From contig JAYSOO010000100.1 in the NCBI GenBank assembly GCA_043722755.1, forward strand, positions 1 to 44,265: 44,265 bases of DNA. The letters are read 5' to 3'. Shown here in pieces: positions 18,221 through 26,138 of the stretch. The DNA is from Candidatus Parcubacteria bacterium. GTDB taxonomy: Bacteria > Patescibacteriota > Minisyncoccia > Phycocordibacterales > CAIZLB01. Both the position numbers and the translations under genes were made by a program. The notes under the pieces were generated by a model that was not told where the DNA came from, ran no database searches, and saw only the letters and a program-made list of their open reading frames with translations. The stretch's first letter is position 1. Every line of letters starts with the position of its first letter.

Positions 18221-18931
18221 TCACTTTATAAATAAGTTTTTAAAAGATTGAAGAAATCCAATTTTGACAGTCTTATGGGACTTGTCAAATTCCAGACGAA
18301 TCTTGTCTTGTATTTTAGCTGGTATACCTGCATCTTTAAGCACTCTCTTTGCCTCATCTATCTTTCCTTCTTTTTTAAGCTCACGAGCTTTGTCAAAAGC
18401 TTTTTTAAATTCTTCTTTATTTACCTTGTTCTCCACTTTGTTTATTTTTTTACCCAAAGCCAAAGGGGTTTCAGGAAGACCGGCCGTTTTGATCAAAGCC
18501 TTAGCCTCGTCTATCTTTCCTTGTCTGATTAAATCAGACACTTGCTTCAATATTTCTTTTTGAGCAACAGTCAGATCGGGTCTGTTGCTGATAAATTTAA
18601 TTAATATAGGATTTACCTTATTATCTTCTAATAATTTTATAGCCTCCGTTTTCTTGTCTTGCTTAAATAATGCATAGGCATTTACAAGGACCGCAAATTG
18701 GGTTTTGGTTATGCTTTCGTTGATATTTAAACTTTTTAAAGTGTTTATGAATAAATTATAATCGTTATTTTTTAATGCGTTTTCAATAGCTGTTTTGTTT
18801 GTTTCTATTAGCTCATGATTTTTACCAACAAGACTTTTTTTAACAGTGCTTGCATAAATATTTGAGTTATTCACCATCGCCGCAGCCAATATAATACTTA
18901 ATAAAATTATTTTTTTATTGATTGTCCTCAT
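18221..18931 (-). CDS. secreted helical-repeat protein
   Basis: 236-aa ORF with a signal peptide. Internal repeat QGKIDEAKALIKTAGLPE / EGKIDEAKRVLKDAGIPA. Last gene of the sigma operon. Confidence 0.55.
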   Translation of the reverse strand: MRTINKKIILLSIILAAAMVNNSNIYASTVKKSLVGKNHELIETNKTAIENALKNNDYNLFINTLKSLNINESITKTQFAVLVNAYALFKQDKKTEAIKLLEDNKVNPILIKFISNRPDLTVAQKEILKQVSDLIRQGKIDEAKALIKTAGLPETPLALGKKINKVENKVNKEEFKKAFDKARELKKEGKIDEAKRVLKDAGIPAKIQDKIRLEFDKSHKTVKIGFLQSFKNLFIK

Positions 18932-18948
18932 AACTATATATACGTATA

Positions 18949-19710
18949 TTATTTTCTATTTATTACAAAATCACAAATATCGCTCACAAAACTATTATTT
19001 TTATTGATACTTGGTCGTAATCCATTGTTAGAATTAGGCTTAAATCTAATTTTATCTATATTTAATGGTATTATTTGACAAGCGGTAAAATTATTCTGAT
19101 AATCATACCTTCCTGCAATAGATATAAGTTGATTATTTTGCAAAACTTCCTTTGAATTATCTAATAAATAGGACGTATTAACGTTCCATACACCGTCTTG
19201 AATATCTCTAATCAACATATATTGCCTGTCGATAAATAAAACTTCTCCTGATAGCCTTCCTGATTGTGGATCGGTCCAATTTACCAGTCTTTCATTCTCA
19301 AACTGATCTAAGAAATAACCTCTTTGAGCCAAGACTTTCGACAAAGCTATTCCCAAAGAAAAACTAATTATTAAACTGATCCCGGCTACAAACACAATGG
19401 AATATTTATAACCCTTATTGGTTTTTTTAAACAGGTAAAATACAAGTAATAGACTGATAATAAATAATATCGCCCAGATAATAGGTATGTTAGATATCAG
19501 GAATTGATTATACGAGCTCGCAAAATAATTCCAATTATCAAAATCAATATATAATGTCTTTAAAAAGAAGAATGCGAACGCGTACGATCCAAATATCGTA
19601 GATATTGCAAGCAAAAACCAGATCGATATTTTTCGTAATAGAAAAATACTTCTTGATATAGGCCTTACGTTTCCTTCTTTTATTTTTTGCATTATTTGAT
19701 CATTATTCAT
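18949..19710 (-). CDS. membrane protein, putative anti-sigma factor
   Basis: 253-aa ORF that overlaps the sigma-factor stop by 8 nt. Short cytoplasmic N-terminus followed by TM segments. Assignment is by position only. Confidence 0.4.
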   Translation of the reverse strand: MNNDQIMQKIKEGNVRPISRSIFLLRKISIWFLLAISTIFGSYAFAFFFLKTLYIDFDNWNYFASSYNQFLISNIPIIWAILFIISLLLVFYLFKKTNKGYKYSIVFVAGISLIISFSLGIALSKVLAQRGYFLDQFENERLVNWTDPQSGRLSGEVLFIDRQYMLIRDIQDGVWNVNTSYLLDNSKEVLQNNQLISIAGRYDYQNNFTACQIIPLNIDKIRFKPNSNNGLRPSINKNNSFVSDICDFVINRK

Positions 19711-20269
19711 ATATTTTTTGTTTTAAGAGTTTTTTGGCCCTATTAATCTTAACCCCTACACTGTTGATTGATATTTTCAATATATCAGATATCTCCTCGT
19801 AACTTTTATCTTCGAAAAATTTCAACATCAATATTTCCTGATAGTCTTTAGGTAATTTTTTAATTTCATTTTTTATTAAATCTAAATTTTCCTGATCAAA
19901 CATTTTTTGAAGGCCGACGGTATTATCCTCATCCTGCAGTATGTGTATCAACTTTGAATCATCATCGTCCAAAGAGATACATGTATATTTTTTATTTTTC
20001 CTATGCCAATCGATTATGTAGTTGTGAGTTATGCGATAGATCCAAGATGAAAAAATTAAACTGTTATCATATTCATTTATGTTTCTATAAATTTTTATAA
20101 AAACATCTTGCAATATGTCTTCCTTGTCATGATTACTAACACTTGTTCGCCTGTTTATATATCTTTCGAGTTTCGTCCTATACCTGTCTATGATATAGGA
20201 AAGAGCCTCTGGATTTTTACGAACCAAAATGACTAGCTCATTATCAGTTTTATTTTCTATATCTTGCAC
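19703..20269 (-). CDS. ECF-type RNA polymerase sigma-70 family factor
   Basis: 188-aa ORF with a GTG start. Region 2 (DVFIKIYRNINEY...WIYRITHN) and region 4 HTH (SYEEISDILKISINSVGVKINRAKKLL). Confidence 0.85.
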   Translation of the reverse strand: MQDIENKTDNELVILVRKNPEALSYIIDRYRTKLERYINRRTSVSNHDKEDILQDVFIKIYRNINEYDNSLIFSSWIYRITHNYIIDWHRKNKKYTCISLDDDDSKLIHILQDEDNTVGLQKMFDQENLDLIKNEIKKLPKDYQEILMLKFFEDKSYEEISDILKISINSVGVKINRAKKLLKQKIYE

Positions 20270-20337
20270 TCTTATATTATATACGATTTTTTAAAAAAAA
20301 TATTACGTTTATGCTGAAAACTAGATTTTAGTACCAC

Positions 20338-20366
20338 TTGACAAACAACTTTTAATCATATATAGT
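20338..20366 (+). promoter_or_regulatory. promoter of ORF 20376 (leaderless configuration)
   Basis: TTGACA, a 17-nt spacer, then TATAGT. The ATG lies 9 nt after the -10 element. Confidence 0.55.
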
Positions 20367-20375
20367 GTAAGTATT

Positions 20376-21602
20376 ATGGAAAATAACAGCATATTTCGAA
20401 CAATCATACGCTTTGCAATAATACTAGTATTTCTAGTATTATTGGTCTTTTTAAGTATTACTTTATTTAAATTAATACCTTTAGGAATCAACCAATTGGC
20501 TACAGCCAGTCTTTCTCTTACAGGGTTAGATAAAGATGCTACGACCACTGTACCTGTCACCATAGACAGAATCCCTCAATCAGTTGCTACAACAACCTAC
20601 GGGTTAAATGGTACTATCACGCAAAACGTTGGTGATATTATTATAAGTACAACAACAAATACCTCAGCGGTCAAACCTACAACTCCAGTAACAGTGTACA
20701 AGCCGACCACAGTATACAGACCTAAAATCGTGTACTACCCTCCTACACCTGTATATACTCCAACATACGTCTACACAGGACGTAAAAATATAAAGACCAC
20801 CCTGTTAGCTATTGGAGTTATCGATAGATATTCTGGTCAATTTGTCGCAACAAATTCATTTACTACAGATGATACTATTTCTGTTAAATACAAAATATCA
20901 AATGACCATGATACTGCAACAGGACCATTTTCTATGCGTGTTGATATGCCAGCAATAGCATCTGCCGACAGGGTTAAATTCATTAACAACATAAACATTC
21001 CTGGAAGAAGTTCATACAATGTTGAAGCTCGTTTTAACGGGATAGATACGAGCACAACCCCGATTCTAAGAGTATATGCCGATATCAACGGAAACGTTGT
21101 TGAGACAGATGAAAATGATAACAATCTTTCTGTAAATTTTAATGTAGTAAATAATAATAATTGTAACTATTATAATCAAAACAATACTAACTGTAATAAT
21201 AACTGTAATTATTACAATAACTGTAATAACACAACATCTCCTAACTTGATCATATCTTCTATTCAAGCTGGTAGAATAAGTGGGGGCAGCTTTTCAAATC
21301 AAAGTAGTTTTAACTACGGCGATAGAATCTACATAAGAATGGTCGTAAGAAATATTGGAGGAACATTCACAAACAATTGGTCAACTCGTAATACATATAC
21401 TGATACAAACGGCATACAAAGAACTCTTACAACAAACAGTGAGCGACCTCTAGCATCAGGTGAGGAAATGACTGTAACGTATGAAGTTGATAGTTTGACT
21501 CGAGGCAATACAACATTTAACATCAACATAGATTCAAATGGAAACGTATATGAGTCGAATGAGAATGACAACGTGACGACGTTAGGAGTGTATGTAAACT
21601 AA
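20376..21602 (+). CDS. membrane-anchored protein with two CARDB-like domains joined by an Asn/Cys-rich linker
   Basis: 408-aa ORF with an N-terminal TM. Each domain ends in an E-x-(D/N)-E-N-D-N motif (ETDENDNNLSVNF, ESNENDNVTTLGV). Promoter at 20338-20366 ends 9 nt before the ATG. Confidence 0.55.
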   Translation: MENNSIFRTIIRFAIILVFLVLLVFLSITLFKLIPLGINQLATASLSLTGLDKDATTTVPVTIDRIPQSVATTTYGLNGTITQNVGDIIISTTTNTSAVKPTTPVTVYKPTTVYRPKIVYYPPTPVYTPTYVYTGRKNIKTTLLAIGVIDRYSGQFVATNSFTTDDTISVKYKISNDHDTATGPFSMRVDMPAIASADRVKFINNINIPGRSSYNVEARFNGIDTSTTPILRVYADINGNVVETDENDNNLSVNFNVVNNNNCNYYNQNNTNCNNNCNYYNNCNNTTSPNLIISSIQAGRISGGSFSNQSSFNYGDRIYIRMVVRNIGGTFTNNWSTRNTYTDTNGIQRTLTTNSERPLASGEEMTVTYEVDSLTRGNTTFNINIDSNGNVYESNENDNVTTLGVYVN

Positions 21603-21656
21603 TTCTTAAATTAAATGAAAAATAGTAGATATCTCAAAAGAATACTGCTATTTTTA

Positions 21657-21722
21657 TTAACGACGTAGAGTGAGAGAAACAAAAGTGTACACACTTTTGT
21701 TTCCGAACCGAGGAGTTAACAG
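21657..21722. repeat. 66-nt repeat, copy 2
   Basis: See 18140..18205. Lies between the 3' ends of ORF 20376..21602 and trpS. Confidence 0.9.
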
Positions 21723-21769
21723 GTCAATACCTCGATGCGTAGCACTCGGGGAGGTATTCATTGATTCCT

Positions 21770-22789
21770 CTATCCAAAATAATCAATCTTCATATGTCTT
21801 TTCATCTCCATCATATTTTTCTTGGCCTGCTTTTGAACTTTTTCAGTTCCTTTTTGTACGATCTTAAGAATGGCTTTTTTATCTTTTTCAAGAACCTTGC
21901 GACGCTCACGTATCGGGGTTATCAAATCTTGTAACACCTGTATCAATCTTTTCTTTAGAACAACGTCTCCAAGTCCGCCTTTTCTATATTGTTTTTTTAA
22001 TTCGTCGATTTCTGATTTTCTCTCGTCAAATATATCGAGATATGAAAATACAACATTACCTTCAACTTTTCCTGGGTCTGAAACCAAGATATGACTTGGA
22101 TCAGTATACATACTCATAACTTTTTTTGCGATTATATCATCTTCATCTGAAAGATATATAGCATTATTTAAAGATTTACTCGCCTTAGATTGTCCATCGA
22201 TACCAACCAATCTTTTAGTATCAGATAGTTTAGGTTTTAATTCGGTAAAATATTCTCCATATATAGAGTTAAATTTTCGCACGATTTCATTCGCTTGTTC
22301 TATTTGAGGAAGTTGATCATCACCTACAGGAATAACATTTGATCGGAGAAATAACATATCCGCAGCCTGACTAACCGGGTATGCTAAAAATCCAGCAGGT
22401 ACATCTTCACCAAATCCTTTTTGTTTCATTTCTGTTTTTACGGTTGGATTTCTTTTGAGACGTGCAAGTGTTACAAGGTTTAAAAAAATAACAGTCATCT
22501 CAGCTATTTCTGGGATCTGGGATTGTATAAAGTATGTTGTTTTTTTAGGATCAACACCGCAAGCCATGTTGTCGAGGATAACTTCGATAACATTCTCACT
22601 GACCTTAGAGGGGTTGCTCGCATTATCAGTAAGTGCTTGGACATCGGCGATCATGTAGTATGCTTCGTCGGCAGTTTTTTGTAATTCGATGCGATTTTTA
22701 ATAGAGCCGACATAATGTCCAAGATGTAATCTTCCTGTTGGTCGGTCCCCTGTGAGTGCAATGGTTTTTTGAGTTTGGGTGGTTTTCAT
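21770..22789 (-). CDS. trpS: tryptophan--tRNA ligase
   Basis: Class I HIGH motif (TGRLHLGHYVGS) and a KMSKS-like KASKS. About 339 aa when started at ATG 22789. The ORF-track start at 22894 overlaps the upstream gene and is an extension. Confidence 0.88.
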   Translation of the reverse strand: MKTTQTQKTIALTGDRPTGRLHLGHYVGSIKNRIELQKTADEAYYMIADVQALTDNASNPSKVSENVIEVILDNMACGVDPKKTTYFIQSQIPEIAEMTVIFLNLVTLARLKRNPTVKTEMKQKGFGEDVPAGFLAYPVSQAADMLFLRSNVIPVGDDQLPQIEQANEIVRKFNSIYGEYFTELKPKLSDTKRLVGIDGQSKASKSLNNAIYLSDEDDIIAKKVMSMYTDPSHILVSDPGKVEGNVVFSYLDIFDERKSEIDELKKQYRKGGLGDVVLKKRLIQVLQDLITPIRERRKVLEKDKKAILKIVQKGTEKVQKQAKKNMMEMKRHMKIDYFG

Positions 22790-22835
22790 ATGGGTTAATA
22801 GTACCTTATTGTGTGAGGGGTTATCAAGGAGGTAC

Positions 22836-23144
22836 CTAGATAAGAATCGGAGCGATAATTGACGCAAATAACGAAAGTAAAATTGTCCATCCAATAGTGG
22901 CCAGTATGTTTATTTTTTCAATAACTTGGGGATTCTTTCTCTTCCTTCTTAAAGCGATTAATATAAAAATACCACTTAATATAATAAGTGGTACAGAAAT
23001 AAATATAATAGAAATTCCCTGTGATACACCAGCAAAACTACATCCACCCCCTATACAACTTGCAAGTTCTTGTTTCTGTAGAAATGTCATTACAATAAAA
23101 TTTATTAATGCTGTCAGGAAAGTTACAATAGATGCTGTTTTCAT
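22836..23144 (-). CDS. small membrane protein
   Basis: 102-aa ORF with three hydrophobic segments. TATAAT lies 7 nt upstream of the ATG. Confidence 0.45.
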   Translation of the reverse strand: MKTASIVTFLTALINFIVMTFLQKQELASCIGGGCSFAGVSQGISIIFISVPLIILSGIFILIALRRKRKNPQVIEKINILATIGWTILLSLFASIIAPILI

Positions 23145-23229
23145 AAATATAATTATATGCTAATTAACCTTCTATAGTAAGAGCATTTTTTATTTTCCAC
23201 TTATCCACATTTTTTTATTTGCAAATTAT

Positions 23230-23258
23230 TTGACAGGTGAACCCTAGTTCACTATACT
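23230..23258 (+). promoter_or_regulatory. lexA-operon promoter with an embedded LexA (Cheo-type) box
   Basis: TTGACA (23230-35), a 17-nt spacer, then TATACT (23253-58). The spacer contains the palindrome GTGAAC-CCTA-GTTCAC (23237-23252), which matches GAAC-N4-GTTC. Confidence 0.7.
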
Positions 23259-23264
23259 ATAAAC

Positions 23265-23465
23265 ATGACTAAACAACAAACAATAACAACAATAAACAAA
23301 GAAATTAATAAAATTAATGAAGAGATAGATATGAAAATAATCCAAGGGCTAGCCTACAGAGCCGAGGCAAGAAGACATAAGATGCTTCTTCTAAAACTTC
23401 GCCGAGACGCTCGTCCTACATGGCAATATCGCCTTTCACGCATGGTAACTTCATTCTTGCTATAA
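23265..23465 (+). CDS. small basic/helical protein, first gene of the lexA operon
   Basis: 66-aa ORF. Its ATG lies 6 nt downstream of a TATACT -10 element whose spacer carries a LexA box. lexA starts 25 nt downstream. Confidence 0.45.
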   Translation: MTKQQTITTINKEINKINEEIDMKIIQGLAYRAEARRHKMLLLKLRRDARPTWQYRLSRMVTSFLL

Positions 23466-23490
23466 TAACTGTATAATATAAATTTGAAGC

Positions 23491-24057
23491 ATGATACAAG
23501 ATTACCAAAAAAAAATATTGTCATTTTATGAGACTTATAAACGTATGCCTGGCTACGCAGAGATAATGAAGCTTACTGGTTTCAAATCGAAGAACGCTGT
23601 GTATAAGTTGATAAATAAGTTGGTTGATTTAGGGGTACTCAATAAAGACAGTCAAGGGAAAATAACTCTAGCTGCGAGTATGGATGAGGTCCCGTTCTTG
23701 GGGTATGTTGAAGCTGGTCTACCTTCTCTTGCAGAAGAAGATTTATTGGATACAATCGATCTAGATAAATATCTTATTCCTCATAAAGAGAATAGTTACA
23801 TTCTTGAAGTGAAAGGTGACTCTATGATTGATGAAGGTATCAAAGAGGGTGATTATGTTATCGTTGAAAAAAAATCTGATGCACTTGACGGAGAGATTGT
23901 TATCGCCGAAGTTGACGGTGGATATACAATGAAGTATTTGAAGAAAAAAGGTAGTGTCATATTCCTAAGACCTGCAAATAAAGATTTTAAAGATATCTAC
24001 CCTACTGAGTCGTTTGCTATTGTTGCTGTTGTTAAGGGGGTGATACGGAAGTATTAA
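23491..24057 (+). CDS. lexA: LexA repressor (S24 peptidase)
   Basis: 188-aa ORF with an N-terminal winged HTH, an Ala-Gly cleavage site (VEAG), catalytic Ser in GDSM and Lys in MKYLKK. Confidence 0.9.
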   Translation: MIQDYQKKILSFYETYKRMPGYAEIMKLTGFKSKNAVYKLINKLVDLGVLNKDSQGKITLAASMDEVPFLGYVEAGLPSLAEEDLLDTIDLDKYLIPHKENSYILEVKGDSMIDEGIKEGDYVIVEKKSDALDGEIVIAEVDGGYTMKYLKKKGSVIFLRPANKDFKDIYPTESFAIVAVVKGVIRKY

Positions 24058-24060
24058 TAA

Positions 24061-24151
24061 AATTCTTACTTCTTCGCTCCGTTTCAGTCCTCGGACCTGC
24101 GGTCCTGCGAAGCGCTTTGCCTAGGGCAAAGTGTCACTCATTGTAAGAATT
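24061..24151. repeat. G+C-rich palindromic intergenic element (short copy)
   Basis: Has the same core as 430..550. Closed by a different 9-bp helix, AATTCTTAC/GTAAGAATT. Nested helices CTTCGC/GCGAAG, GGACC/GGTCC and CTTTGCC/GGCAAAG. Confidence 0.75.
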
Positions 24152-24197
24152 TAAGTAATTGTAAAAATTTATTTAGTCACAAAACAGAGAATCTAGT

Positions 24198-24220
24198 CCT
24201 AGCTTACAACTAGGTTTTTT
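24198..24220 (+). terminator. terminator after the lexA region
   Basis: CCTAG / CTAGG stem followed by T6. Confidence 0.5.
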
Positions 24221-24247
24221 GTTTTGTTATGTTATTATACAAACAAT

Positions 24248-24646
24248 ATGAAATACCAAAACCTAATCACTAAAGGAATTGAGGAAGCATTAAGTACTGT
24301 CGCTTTCCACCGCGATGGACCGCTTACAAGATATGTAATGCTGCAAAAAGATAAGGTTGATGGAGATGGCGGATTTAGAGTCGTAAGTCATATCGTAGAT
24401 ACGACAAACAAGGAATTAGGTTCGTATTGCGAACTTCACTACCATGATTTTGATGAGGTGAATATAATATTATCTGAGGACAATTCTCTAAAGTATAAAA
24501 TACAACTTGAAGACGAAACGTATACAGTCGAAGCACCTGCAACGGTATATATTCCAAAAGGTATACGACATGCTGCCGAAGCAATTTCAGGAAAAGGAAC
24601 CTATATAACCATCACTTTTACTAAAGAATACGTGGCAAAACAATAG
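24248..24646 (+). CDS. cupin-fold protein (hypothetical)
   Basis: About 132 aa from ATG 24248. His-rich beta-barrel-like motifs (CELHYHDFDE ... GIRHAAEA). Confidence 0.45.
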   Translation: MKYQNLITKGIEEALSTVAFHRDGPLTRYVMLQKDKVDGDGGFRVVSHIVDTTNKELGSYCELHYHDFDEVNIILSEDNSLKYKIQLEDETYTVEAPATVYIPKGIRHAAEAISGKGTYITITFTKEYVAKQ

Positions 24647-24668
24647 ATTTAGCAAGGCTTTTCTATAC

Positions 24669-24697
24669 TTGATTTTTTATATTAAGTATGCTATAAT
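24669..24697 (+). promoter_or_regulatory. promoter of ORF 24747
   Basis: TTGATT, a 17-nt spacer ending TGC, then TATAAT. The leader is about 50 nt. Confidence 0.55.
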
Positions 24698-24746
24698 ATA
24701 GAAGTAAACCCCTTCTCTCCCAAGAACCTTTTCAACCACAAAACCA

Positions 24747-25343
24747 ATGAACCTTCCGCAAATTCTGCAAGTGTTGTCGGGTATCATTTTGATGATTGTC
24801 CCGATTATTATGATCACACGAGTGATGGCCAGCAAGATCAACCCGAACGCAACATCCTTCCTTATACGAAGCGTTGTTGCTGTTGCAAACCTGATTACCT
24901 ATTTCAACATGACTCACCAGAGCTCATGGAAATCGATTGTCATGCTGGCTTCCGCGGTGTCGTTGACTTTAATATTCGTCACATGCGCTTACAAAAACGG
25001 TTTCAAGAATTTAAACAAAATAGACAAGATCAGTGCAACTCTTAGCCTGGTCATACTTCTATTTTGGGGATTCAGCGGAAAAGACATTGCGACAAACCTG
25101 TTGCTTCAAGTCGTTATCGCAGTATCCTACATCCCGACAATCAATGGAATCAAAAAGAGAATCAACAAAGAGATTGTACTTCCCTGGGCACTCGCTTCAA
25201 CTTCATATGCTTTGGCTTTAACCAGCCTTATCATAATGAACTCGAGCTTTGTGTCGATGGTAAACCCTATCCTTTGCCTAGCACTCAATACGGTTACAAC
25301 GATCATCATAAGAATCGTCAACAAAAAAACGCAATCCCAGTGA
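24747..25343 (+). CDS. polytopic membrane protein (6-7 TM), function unknown
   Basis: 198-aa ORF, somewhat G+C-richer than its neighbours. Consensus promoter at 24669-24697. A terminator overlaps its stop codon (25330-25353). Confidence 0.6.
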   Translation: MNLPQILQVLSGIILMIVPIIMITRVMASKINPNATSFLIRSVVAVANLITYFNMTHQSSWKSIVMLASAVSLTLIFVTCAYKNGFKNLNKIDKISATLSLVILLFWGFSGKDIATNLLLQVVIAVSYIPTINGIKKRINKEIVLPWALASTSYALALTSLIIMNSSFVSMVNPILCLALNTVTTIIIRIVNKKTQSQ

Positions 25344-25353
25344 TTGCGTTTTT
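25330..25353 (+). terminator. intrinsic terminator of ORF 24747..25343
   Basis: CGCAATC / GATTGCG stem followed by T5. The stop codon lies inside the hairpin. Confidence 0.75.
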
Positions 25354-25360
25354 CTTTTAT

Positions 25361-25388
25361 TTGACACCGTTATCAAATCTGCTATTAT
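25361..25388 (+). promoter_or_regulatory. promoter of the candidate sRNA (DUF3800 copy 2)
   Basis: TTGACA, a 16-nt spacer ending TGC, then TATTAT. Confidence 0.6.
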
Positions 25389-25394
25389 TAACTC

Positions 25395-25467
25395 ATAAAC
25401 AAGTCAGACCTCCATGTGAGGACTATCCAAAGGGTAGTCCAAAAGCTCACAGGAGGCTTTGTTTTTT
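25395..25467 (+). ncRNA. candidate structured sRNA convergent with DUF3800 copy 2
   Basis: Driven by promoter 25361-25388. It has the same closing helices, with compensatory changes (TGTGAG/CTCACA). Apical hairpin GACTA/TAGTC. Ends in a T6 run. Overlaps the 3' end of ORF 25404..26006 in antisense. Confidence 0.55.
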
Positions 25468-26006
25468 ATTATAGTTATGAGATTTTGTAACTTCATAAAA
25501 TATTTAGGTGAGTCATGTTCAAAATTTGAAAATATAGACCAAGAATAAAAATCTGCAATTTGAAGAGATTTTTCTTTATTCGGTTCTGAAAAAATCGCTT
25601 TTAATCCATATAGTAAATACATCTCGAGTATTTTCTTATTGTAATACTTTCTAATATCTTTTCTGGCTATAGTGACATTTTTTATATTATTTTCTTTAAA
25701 ATATTTAGCCAGCTCCTCAAGCGTGTAGAGATAAACATCTTTTTCAAATTGTTTATCTTTATCAAAAACATAAACAACACACTGTATATTGCTCTCAATT
25801 ATTTTCTGTACGAGCTTATTCTTAACGACTTTATTCTCTTTATGTGCATGGAAGTTTACTGATCTATCAATTTTAAATTTATGAATATTCTTTGCAATAC
25901 GTCGCAACATGAAAATATCATTAACAATAACACTTGTTAATATAAAATATCTACTTGATTTCTTTTTGTATCCAGTGTCCCCACTTTCATCTATGTATGC
26001 ATACAT
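25404..26006 (-). CDS. DUF3800-family protein (copy 2)
   Basis: 200-aa ORF starting MYAYIDESGDTGY, paralog of 9349..9900. The last ~21 codons extend beyond the homologous end of copy 1 and are antisense to the candidate sRNA. Confidence 0.7.
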   Translation of the reverse strand: MYAYIDESGDTGYKKKSSRYFILTSVIVNDIFMLRRIAKNIHKFKIDRSVNFHAHKENKVVKNKLVQKIIESNIQCVVYVFDKDKQFEKDVYLYTLEELAKYFKENNIKNVTIARKDIRKYYNKKILEMYLLYGLKAIFSEPNKEKSLQIADFYSWSIFSNFEHDSPKYFMKLQNLITIIKNKASCELLDYPLDSPHMEV

Positions 26007-26073
26007 TCGTAAATCCTAGCAAAACACCCATAAAATTTTGATAAAGAAATAATCAAGAAACATTGTCGAAAAA

Positions 26074-26108
26074 ATAAAAAAACCGACTTCAGAATTACCC
26101 TTAGTCAG
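26074..26108 (-). terminator. intrinsic terminator after gyrB
   Basis: On the minus strand: CTGACT...AGTCGG (one G:U pair) followed by a T-run. Confidence 0.55.
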
Positions 26109-26138
26109 CTTTCTATTGTCAGATAAATAAATTTTTTC

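Noticed and set aside
18140-21722. Insertion sequence or composite transposon bounded by the 66-nt inverted repeats.
   Set aside because: The cassette contains no transposase, integrase or recombinase ORF, and I could not identify target-site duplications. It is kept only as a repeat-bounded cassette.
21770-22894. Longer N-terminal extensions offered by the ORF track: trpS to 22894, mutM from 15335, the thioredoxin-fold gene to 33600, the pseudopilin to 36504 and the tail-fibre-like gene to 12560.
   Set aside because: The extensions overlap upstream genes or precede obligatory N-termini (MPELPEV of Fpg, signal peptides, the prepilin signal). Internal ATGs with -10 elements or ATGA overlaps fit better.
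25064-25474. 136-aa and 62-aa alternative-frame ORFs within the membrane-protein gene 24747..25343.
   Set aside because: They are out-of-frame overlaps of a well-formed polytopic membrane ORF, and one runs across its terminator and the sRNA promoter. Judged spurious.
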